DNA from: the human T2T-CHM13v2.0 reference genome, Homo sapiens
Length of the DNA stretch: 64,000 nt
Direction: 5' to 3' (one strand)
NCBI RefSeq assembly: GCF_009914755.1
Contig: NC_060939.1
The translations under genes and the position numbers were made by a program. Shown here piece after piece: positions 51,921 through 64,000 of this stretch. Positions within the stretch are counted from its first letter, which is position 1. Each line of letters opens with the position of its first letter. The notes beneath the pieces were generated by a model. The model searched no databases and was not told the origin of the DNA. It saw only the letters and a list, made by a program, of their open reading frames with translations.

Positions 51921-52509
51921 TAATACCAATTAATGATATAATCAAAGTTGGAGTAGAAGATTAGGAAAGTCATCTTGGAGGAAATAAGTATGAACTTGGT
52001 CTTGAAGTAATGAAACTGAATGTGGGTATATGTAATTTTTTTTACTGTAGGCAGGAAACAGCAGAAGAGAAGAAAGTTGAGATGAAGAAAAAAATATGAA
52101 CGAAGGCAATGAAGTAAGGGGAAGATGGAGACAACTTTTAGGGCTTTTACTATAGGTTCACTGTTTCTAATATAACCATCAGAATCTTCTGTCACAAAAG
52201 GTTACATGTTGATGGAAAGAATACAGGAAAATAAATGAGATCTAATTTACCATATGAGGCTTTAGAATTTATTAAAATCATTTGTTATTTATGTACCATA
52301 TTTAATCTTTGCCATGTCTATATTCTACCTATATTAGTATTTTTCTCTAGAAAGAATTTAGTTTTTACTCAGCTTCATTTCCATGAAAATGAAATATAAT
52401 TTTTCTTAATATATTAAAAATATCTTACCTACCTTCAGTGATATTAAAATTCAATTATTTCACTTGCTCCATATGCCCATTTTTTTCCATCACTAACCCT
52501 TAGTCTTTA

Positions 52510-52982
<473 letters not shown>

Positions 52983-53219
52983 TCAAGTTCAGATTTCTCA
53001 ATTTTTAGTGCCATTTGAAAGAATATTCTACATTTGTAAATACTCTATGCGAAATAAAAAAGCAATCCAAAACAAAACGGTAGAAGAAGCAGTTAACTTT
53101 CAATTAATTTTGTTAAATCCATGAAGATAATAGAGCTTAAGAAGAACTAGTAACTACTGAAAAAACAGAGCAGCCTAGTTCAGAAAACACAAATAATTAC
53201 ATATATGTTTAAAGTAGAA

Positions 53220-53460
53220 ACAGCGTGGTGTGGCGAAAAATAATGGCTTTAGAGCTACACAGCCCTTATTTTGAATTCCAAATCTGTCACTTAAATAATC
53301 TTCCTAATTTTTTGGCACCTCACTTTCCTCATTTTTAACATGGTGATAATGGTTACCTGTCCTGATTGTTGTGAGGATTAAATAAGCCACAAACCAGTGC
53401 CTGGTTTGAACACTGGCTCTGCTACTCACCATGCTCAACAATGGTAGTTGGTATTTTTAC
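53220..53460 (+). mobile_element. MIR
   Basis: CAGCGTGGTGTGG...CCTCACTTTCCTCAT...TTGTTGTGAGGATTAAAT...AGTGCCTGG. Confidence 0.7.
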
Positions 53461-54311
53461 TGAAATGTTGATGACATTTTCTGGGTAAAATTGTTTCCTC
53501 TTTCAGCCTGGCCAAAGCAAGAAATTCTCGATTCTTTAAATTTACCAGCTTATAATCAATTTGTTAACCTATGCCATATGTCTAAATTCAGCCCGAAATT
53601 TAAAAATCTTTTGAATATTTTATAATACACTAAAATTACACTTAATATATTTTTATATTCCTAAATATTGCTTTGACTATAGAATTTAAAAATTAAGCAA
53701 TATGCATATTTTATAGCAATTTTTATCTTTATAGAATTAAATCAGTTGAAATCTGGTGTATCTCTTGTGGGGCAAAAGTAGCAGACAGTTGACAGAAGGT
53801 TGGTATACTAAGCTAGAAAAATTTTGGAAGTGAGAGATTCTAAAAAGCCGATGATAACAGTGCTCAAATAAGAAATCAAAGTGTCTGAGATTGTAATATG
53901 AGAAAGAAGGGTCACAATCTAAACAAAGTTTTAAAATGTAAAAATCTGAAAGGAATCAAATTTGTATTCTTATATTAAGGTCTTAGATATAGTAAACAGA
54001 ATTGGGAAGATATTTCAGAGAGGTATTAGTCTTTCTGACAATGGCTGGATACTGCGGGTTGGGGAAGGAGGCAGGAAAACATGCCTCACAGAGCCAACTT
54101 AAAAAAAGGATAAAGCTTTGATCCTGAGATTTTAAAGCGTGCAGATCTAAATTTCCGTTAGTTAGGCTGGTAAAAGCCTCCCATGAATTGTTAAAAGGAC
54201 TAGAAAATAAAAGGCTTTTCAATCACTATAGAAAAGATTTTTATTGACACAGAGAAGCTCTTTAGTTGTCTATTTCAATCTATTTTAATGTTAGTGAATA
54301 AAAAGAGATAA

Positions 54312-55225
<914 letters not shown>

Positions 55226-55648
55226 AAATCACCTTTTTTAGAACATAAGCTTTCATGGGTAACAATTATTTAGTTAATAGTCTAACATCCTGTGGATTCT
55301 CAATAAAATTTAAACCTCATTTAATAGAAATTTGTCTCATAGTTTGCTCTCCTACCATTTGTATTACTTGTGAGTTACTGTTTGGAGATGCTCTTCAATA
55401 CCAGTACAGGTTCCTCTCTCTATTGTGCTATAGGTCCATTTCTAAAAATTTCCTTAGAACCTTATTTTAAAGGAGAGAAAATCTTCTAAATGGCAATCTG
55501 TGTCCAGTGAAGGCAAGTTTATCAATTCAAATCTGCCTAATCCATAGGCAATATAAGATTTGAGGAGCAGGGGAGAAAATCTCGAACAATTATTTCACAA
55601 AAATACTAACCATAATATTTATTTTTATTTTTTAATACATATATTTTT

Positions 55649-55671
55649 AGGCTAGCCAAGTGAAGCAGTGG
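55649..55671 (-). pseudogene. 5'-truncated Y3 RNA 3'-end fragment
   Basis: Minus strand CCACTGCTTCACTTGGCTAGCCT matches the hY3 3' end at 22/23 and is followed by an A-rich tail. Confidence 0.6.
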
Positions 55672-55862
55672 AAATAAATATTTAAATAAATGAATGAATG
55701 GAAATTCATATCTGATTAAGTAAATGCAATAATCAGTAAAACTTTGTTATATTGGTCCTATTTTTAAAAATCACAGTTTCGATAATGCTCACATCAAAAT
55801 CTGTGGCTCAGGCACATTAAGATATAAAGTAATCTCTTCTTATTAGTAAAAAGCTAGGATTT

Positions 55863-56030
55863 GGCATCATGGTATAGTGGAGAGCACAAAGAATTTATAA
55901 GTTGAACATTGGCTCTGCTACTCACCATGTGGCCTGAGGCAAGTCACTTATTCACCAGCCTCAGATTATCACTAAAAAGGCAATAACCACCCACTATCCC
56001 ACAGAGTGGAGAAAGGATGAAATTAATAAC
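55863..56030 (+). mobile_element. MIR
   Basis: GGCATCATGGTATAGTGG...GGCTCTGCTACTCAC...GGCAAGTCACTT...GCCTCAG. Confidence 0.65.
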
Positions 56031-58130
56031 ACTTCCATAAATGGCCTCAATCTACCTCTCTCCCTCATCTCTTATCTCTTTACCACATGCCCAATGTGCT
56101 AACTGCCCTAAACTTTTATTTCCCATGTGCTATACCCTGCTCTCATTCCTTTGTATTGTTCTTTTTATCATTGCCTCTAAACCTTCCTGCAAGAATTGTG
56201 TCCCTTCCTCTGAGATACCTGTCCAGGGTCCCGTCCAGTTAATATTATTATTCTATCATCTGTTATCCAAATCTGTTTCTTTTTCTTATTAGACCACTAA
56301 AAGTAGTTCTTATTTTTGAGTGCTGTCACATATGTATTAAGTGCTTTATAGATGGTACATAATCCCATGTAATCCTCACAACCACCCTGTAAAGCAGGTG
56401 CTGTTATTCTCTGTTTTATCAGTGAAGGAAAGTAGTCCTTGAGAAGTTAAACAGCTTGGCAAAAGTCACTCAAGTAATAATTAATAACAAATTATCACTA
56501 CTAATAATTAGTAGGACTGGGATTTAAAGTGAAGTCTCTGACTCTCATTCTGCTGCCTTTGGTGGGGATCCTCCCGTACATCCTATACTTCTGTAGCCTT
56601 AGGAAAAAAGTAAGTACAATACCTGACATATTTATACTGAACATGTGTTTGGTGAATAAAAAAGGCAGGGAGCATGTCTTACTCACTGAGTTGCTTATTA
56701 TGTGCCATATTTTTACCTTAGGACCTGGAGATACGAAAATGATCTGACGAAGTCCTCAAGGAGTTTATAATCAGTGTACCAGGGGAGAGAATCAAGTAAA
56801 CAGATTATTATAATACAGTGTGTGGTTAAGTACTGTTTCTGAGCACACGCTGCTGAGAAAACAGAATGGGTAGGAAGAAAACAGTCAAGAAAGACGTAAG
56901 GAAAGTCCGAGTTTCTGCTTTTCCCTTCGAAACCCAGGGTTTTGAAATTAAGCAGGGTTCTAATATACAGGCATACCTTGTTTTATTGTGCTGTGCTTTA
57001 TGGTGCTTCACAGATACTTTGGGGTTTTTTGTTTGTTTACAAATTTAAAGTCTGTGGCAACCCTATGTCAAGCAAGTCTTTTTAGTGCTGTTTTTCCAAT
57101 AGCATGTGCTCACTTCATGTCTGTCGCATTTTGGTAATTCTTACAATATTTCTAACTTTTTCATTATAACTATACTTGTTTATGATGATCTGTGCTATTG
57201 AAATTGCTGTTACTATTGAAATTGTTTTGGGGCACCATGAACTGTGCCCACAGAAGACTTAATCCATAAATGTTGTGTGTGTTCTGACCACTCCATCAAC
57301 CAGCTGCTTCCTTTTCCCTCTCCCTCTCCTCTGGCCTCCCTATTCACTGAGACACAACAATACTGAAATTAGGCCAGTTAATAAACCCACATTGGCCTCT
57401 AAGTTTTCAAGTGAAAAGATGTTGGACATCTCTCACTTTCAATCAAAAGCTTGAAATGATTAAGCTCAGTGAGAAAGGCATGTTAAAAGCCGCCAGGCCA
57501 AAAGCTATGTCTCTTGCACTAAAGAGCAAGTTGTGAATGCAAAGGAACAGTTCTTGAAGGAAATTAAAAGTGCTATTCCAGTGAACACATAAATGTTAAG
57601 AAAGCTAAACAACCTTATTGCTGATATGAAGAAGGTTTTAGTGATCTGGATAGAAGATCAAACCAGCCACAACATTCCAATATGCAAAAACCTAATCCAG
57701 AACAAGACCCTAACTCTCTTCAATTCTATGAAGGCCAAGAGAGTTGATGGGGGTGCAAAATAAAAGTTTGAAGCTAACAGAAGTTGGTTCATGAGGTTTA
57801 AGGAAAGAAGACATCTCCAAAACATAAAAATGCAAGGTAAAGCAGCAAGTGCTTTTACAGAAGCTATAGCAAGTTATCCAGAAGATTGAGCTACGATCAA
57901 TGATGAAGGTGGCTTCATTAAACAACACACTTTCACTGGAGAGGAAGCAGTCTTATGTTGGAAGAAGATGCCATCTAGGACCTTCATAGCTAGAAAGGAC
58001 AAGACAATGCCTCGCTTCAAAGGACAGGTTGCCTCTCTTGTTAGGGGCTAATGCAGCTGGTGACTTTAAGTTAAAGTCAATGCTCATTTACTGTTCTGAA
58101 AATCCTAAGACCCTTAAGGACTATACAACA

Positions 58131-58270
58131 AGCCAGGTGTAATGGTGCACATCTGCAGTCTCAGCTACTAGGAGGCTGAGATAGGACAATCACTTGAGCA
58201 CAAGAGTTCAAGGCTGGCTGGGCAACATAGTGAGACTCCTGTCTCTTAAAAACGAAAAAAAAAAAAAAAG
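58131..58270 (+). mobile_element. FLAM-like monomer in Tigger1
   Basis: Single arm with A-tail. Confidence 0.8.
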
Positions 58271-58324
58271 GTTTATGCTAAATCTACTCTGCCTATGCTC
58301 AGCGGAACAACAAAGCCTGAATAG

Positions 58325-58668
<344 letters not shown>

Positions 58669-59033
58669 TAAGCCCACTGCTGAAACCTACTGCCCAGGAA
58701 AAAAAGATTTCTTTCAAAATATTACTGCTCTTCAACAATGCACTGGTCACTCAAGAGCTCCGATGGAGATGTACAAAGAGATCAATGTTGTTTTCATGCC
58801 TGCCAGCATAACATCAACAACAGCATCTTTGATCCATCTGCAGCTTATGGATCAAGGAATTATTTCAACTTCCAAGTCTTATTACTTATGAACTACATTT
58901 TCTAAGGCTGTAGCTGCCATAGATAGTGATTCCTCTGATGGATCTAAGCAAAGTACAGTGAAAATGATTCACCATTCTAGACGGCATTAAGAACATTTGT
59001 GATTCATGGGAAAAAGTAAAAATATCAACATTA

Positions 59034-59132
59034 GGCTGGTGAGTGCAATGGTATTTACAACTAACTGATCATAACCAGTTACAGATTCCTTTGTTCCTTC
59101 TCTCACTCCTACTCCTTCACTTGACCAGCCTT
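59034..59132 (+). pseudogene. Y3 RNA (RNY3) retropseudogene, near full length
   Basis: GGCTGGTGAGTGCAATGGTATTTACAACTAACTGATCATAACCAGTTACAGATTCCTTTGTTCC...CTTCACTTGACCAGCCTT matches hY3 as recalled. Followed by poly(A) 59133-59151; TSD ATCAACATTA at 59024-59033 and 59151-59160. Confidence 0.93.
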
Positions 59133-59745
59133 AAAAAAAAAAAAAAAAAAATCAACATTAACATTGGGAAGAAGTAGATCCTAGCCCTCATGGATGACTT
59201 TCAGGGGTTCAAGACTTGAGTGGAGGAAATAATGCAGATATGGTGGAAATAGCAAGAGTACGAGAATTAGAAGCAGAGCCTGAAAATGTGACTGAATTGC
59301 TGCAATTTCATGATAAAACCTGAATAGATAAGGAGTTGCTTCTTATGGTTGAGCAAAGAAAGTAGTTTCTTGACATGAAATCTGCTGATGAAGATGCTGT
59401 GAACACTGGTGAAATGGCAACAAAGGATTTTAGAATATTCCATAAACTAAGCAGCAAGGTTTGAGATGATTGACTCCAATTTTGAAAGAAGTTCTGTGGG
59501 TAATATGCTATCAAACAACGTTGCATGCTACAGAGAAATCTTTCATAAAAGAGTCAATTCATGCAGTAAACTTCATTGTTGTTCTATTTTAAGAAATTGC
59601 CACAGTTACCACAACCTTCAGCAGCCCACCCTGCAGCAGCCATCAACATTGAGCCAACACTCTCCACCTCCACCAGCAAAAAGATTATTACTCACTGAAG
59701 GCTCAGATGATCATTAGCATTTTTTGGTAATAAAGTATATTTTAG

Positions 59746-59880
59746 AGCCAGGAATGGTAGTACATGCCTGTAGTCCAAGCTACTTAGGAAGCTGAGGCAG
59801 GAGGGGAGGATCGCTTGAGCCCAAGAGTTTGAGTCCAGCCTGAGTAACATAGCAAAATCCTGTCTTTAAAAAAAATAAAA
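59746..59880 (+). mobile_element. FLAM-like monomer in Tigger1
   Basis: Single arm with A-tail. Confidence 0.8.
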
Positions 59881-60008
59881 ATAATTTTTAAATTAAGGTA
59901 TGTACACTGTTTTTTAAAGACATAATGCTATTGCACACTTAACAGACTACAGTATAGTATAAATAAATATCATTTTTATATGCAGTGGGAAGTCAAAAAT
60001 TCATGTGA

Positions 60009-60272
60009 CGGCCAGGCGCAGTGGCTTACGCCTGTAATCCCAGCACTTTTGGAGACTGAGGCGGGCGGATCACGAAGTCAGGAGACCATCCTGGCTAACA
60101 CGGTGAAACCCCATCTCTACTAAGAATACAAAAAATTAGCCAGGTGTGGTGGCATGTGCCTGTAGTCCCAGGAGGTGGAGGTTGCAGCGAGCAGAGATCA
60201 CGCCACTGCACTCTAGCCTGGTGACAGAGCGAGACACCATCTCAAAAAAACAAAACAAAACAAAAAAAACAA
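60009..60272 (+). mobile_element. AluY/Sc-like with internal deletions, in Tigger1
   Basis: TSD AATTCATGTGAC. Confidence 0.9.
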
Positions 60273-61727
60273 CAATTCATGTGACTCATTTTATTGCAGT
60301 GGTCTGGAACTGAGCCCACAATATTTCCAAAGTATACCTGTACCTTTTCAAAAAATTAGATTATCTACATTCACACTTCTATTTTATCTCAAATTCCTCA
60401 TCTGTCCCGTTCAAATAAATCTCATATTTAAAAAACACATTTTAAAGGATGATTTACATTCTAAATATGTTCAATTTATATGACACTACATATTTTTCTC
60501 TCCATATAAATTCAGAAGAAAAAACAATGAAAAATGCTACTGGTTATATAACTGGCCAATGTTGGAAGTGCTTGTGAAAAAACCATGATCAATTTAAGAT
60601 TTTTTTTTTTTAACTTAGGAGAACAAGGGGATAAAGCTCATTGCATGAAAAGCAACTGCTCCAAAAAATCATGTTATCTTCAAAAATATTTTACTCCTAG
60701 GTTTAAAAAAACAAATAACTTTTAGATTGTTCTGACATACATTTCCCTCCTTCCTACCCTTGAATTTAACCTTATAATAAAGGCAAGTGCAATTTAGATA
60801 ATATACTACCAGCAGTTGTTCACTTGCTAAGCAATAGTTTATTCAAGTAGGTATTTTCTGGGCTGTTATGGAAAATGCCAAAGTAAAAATGCTTATTAAA
60901 CTCAATTTAGATTATATCTGTCACTTCTTCCTTGTTAAAAGCAATTACTATGGAAGAAAATAAATTACACCTAATAATGTCCACTCATTACAAAGTTGGG
61001 TACTATCAAATTTTTATGGCTTTTACAGGTAGTTGCTAACAGATTGAATGATTTTAACACTCTCTTATAATCTGAAGAAAGCAAATTTCTGCAAACATAA
61101 TGGGACTAGTAAAGATGAAATAATAAAAAACAGTAGAGGTGGTGGAGAAAGCAAATTTAAAAAACAAATGAAATGAGGTACAGATGGACTTCGTTTGCAG
61201 CTTATGAAATTAACGAAGACAACAGCAAAGACAAAAGCCTAAAGGGATTAAACTGTAAGGGTGGAAAACATAAGCAAAGAAGGTGCAGCTTCAAATACAC
61301 ATTAGCCTTACTATCACATTTGGGATTAAGTAAAAAATAAGTAAATAAATAAATACACACAGGCCTGAGACAGAACCTAATTGAGCTGAAGTTGAGTTGT
61401 AGAGAATCATATTCAAGTTCAAAGCAGATTAAACTTGCTTTCCACTTTCCATCATCCTATTCAGCAAAATGAAAATAACCTTGCGGACAAAGAGTTTACA
61501 TAAAATCTTTTTTCTGATATTCCCCTAATAAATTATCTCACTAGAAGGAAAAAACAAAAGGAACATTTTCCTTAAAAGTTTGCATCTTCAAACAAGATTC
61601 ATAAAAATTCTCGAATGGTTTTAAGAAAAAGATAACCAACCGCTATTGACACCAAGGAATTGCAATGTGTTACATGCTATAAAGGAAAGTGAGAATCACA
61701 GAATCACGGAATTAAAAGTAACTTTGA

Positions 61728-62068
<341 letters not shown>

Positions 62069-62866
62069 TCATATAACTAAAGACGCTGCTCACGATTTAC
62101 AGACTTGAAAAATAAGGGGCTTCAAATTACAACTATATTTAATACTATAATATTAACAAAGATTTAATTGCTTGTTTAAAAATTCAAAACCACAATTCCT
62201 CTAGCAAGTGTGAACTGTTACCATTTAAAGAAAATAATAGGGATAATCACATTCATCAAATACTTTTTTTAACCTGATGCTATGCTAGTCACCACAATGA
62301 CCATCTCTTGTACTTTTGTTCTGCCATTAAAAAATTCTTAGACCATTCATTATTGAATTATAGTTTAAGCTGGTAAACTGAGGTAAAATACTGAATAACC
62401 TGAGAAATCACAAGTACAGTCAAAGTCCACGGTACAAAACTACTGAACCATGCTCCCTCTTTATATAATATTATGTAAACTGCTAAGTTTAAATGTCATC
62501 CACTCGGTGGGTTTAAAGTCTTTTCCAGATATAATCTAAACTGTGAGGAAAAAGTGAATTCTAAATTCCACATAAATTGACTTCTGTGTCTTTCTTTTTG
62601 CTTGAAAACTCTTCAAACATTGCCACTGATTCAGTTTCACCTGTTGGTAATGAACACAGAACTCATTGTGGGGAAAAACAATCCAGTGTGTGAGAAAAGT
62701 AAGAGAAGCTATCAGATACACAGGGGAGTGAAATAAGTAACTGAAAAACACCTCAACCACAACACTTTTCTCTGTCCTAAAGAAGGCATTTTGAATTTTG
62801 ATATCCTAGTTACTTCTTTCATGAAACATTTTATAGGTTCCAAAAGCTCCCAAGTTGCGTACTCAC

Positions 62867-62984
62867 CTGGTTCATCTGAATCCTGAATCCGGGCTTTTAT
62901 GTCTGCTAAACTAGGCTCTTGAGAGATCGAAGCCGCTGCCCCCTCCTCTGGGTCCTCTACCTTAGTCACAGTAAAATGTGGCAT
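62867..62984 (-). CDS. SLC12A6: SLC12A6 (KCC3) exon 1b, coding part; N-terminus of isoform KCC3b
   Basis: ATG at 62984-62982 with A at -3. Encodes MPHFTVTKVEDPEEGAAASISQEPSLADIKARIQDSDEP plus 1 nt, then donor G|GTGAGT. Recognised KCC3b N-terminus; phase 1 matches exons 2 and 3. Confidence 0.97.
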
Positions 62985-63400
62985 TGTTATAGTTAGATAA
63001 TACTTTGCTCTTTCTGTATTTAAACTTCCTTCCAGTTAGTTTTCCCTGCCTACCTCTTCCTTGCTGTCGTTTCAGACTGTGATCCCTGCCTACAAGAGAC
63101 AGTGGCTGGGATTCGGGAAGTACTTTAAGCTCACGTGACCTACAGCCCTGAGGGAGTGGGGCGCTTGAAGACACGCCTTCCACAGTGTTTATCATTCACT
63201 TAAAAGGATTAAGCACTCCACCCTTGCTTATTGTTATTAACCTGAAGAACCCCAAGAACAGTTTAGCCTGCTTCCCAAAGCTGCTGAAACCTGGAGACTG
63301 GACAGAATTCACAGTGAACTACTGTCTACCGCTTGCTCCTCTATTTCCTTCACTGAAGTTGTCATTCTTATCTGCATGTCATGATCTCAACCTCTGCCCT
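62985..63400 (-). promoter_or_regulatory. SLC12A6: Putative KCC3b alternative promoter and 5'UTR
   Basis: Repeat-free sequence directly upstream of the exon 1b ATG. Contains E-box TCACGTGA (63131-63138), a GC/KLF-like GGGAGTGGGGCG (~63152-63163) and an HNF1-like GTTTATCATTCAC (63187-63199). The TSS cannot be fixed from sequence. Confidence 0.65.
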
Positions 63401-63435
63401 CATATTTCACACAAGAAAGATTAGAGAACAGTTAA

Positions 63436-63747
<312 letters not shown>

Positions 63748-63822
63748 CGGGAATGGTTCATTTTTATACTGTCCTCTTTAAAGACTGACTGGCACTATAT
63801 CAACTTAAAATATGAAAGATAC

Positions 63823-64000
63823 GGCTGTGCGCCGTTGCTCACACCTGTAATCCTAACACTTTGGGAGGCCAAGGTGGGCGGGTCACCTGAGGTCAGGAGT
63901 TCAAGACCAGCCTGGCCAACATGGGGAAACCCTATCTCTACTAAAAATACAAAAATTAGCCAGGCGTGGTGGTTCATGCCTGTAGTCCCAGCTGCTCAGG
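63823..64000 (+). mobile_element. AluS-like (cut by window end)
   Basis: Left arm, linker and start of right arm. Confidence 0.9.

Overview
Primate (apparently human) genomic DNA covering the 5' part of SLC12A6 (K-Cl cotransporter KCC3) on the minus strand. It contains the KCC3b first coding exon (1b, 62867-62984), the 45-nt cassette exon 2 and exons 3-6. All have GT-AG boundaries and phases that join into one open frame. The rest is repeat-dense intron: more than 45 Alu/FLAM copies, a full-length dead L1PA6-like LINE in the same orientation as the gene, a complete Tigger1 carrying five nested retro-insertions (one a Y3 RNA retrocopy), solo LTRs, MER20/MER63/MER5 and old L1M/L2/MIR fragments. 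There is no prokaryotic system or real CRISPR array. The most unusual structure is a 10-copy array inside an Alu (54483-55161): a near-invariant 37-bp unit carrying the Pol III B-box alternates with variable (GT)n tracts. It sits in a 3.5-kb zone that also shows two short dispersed copy events. Repeat subfamily calls and most repeat boundaries were made by eye and are approximate.
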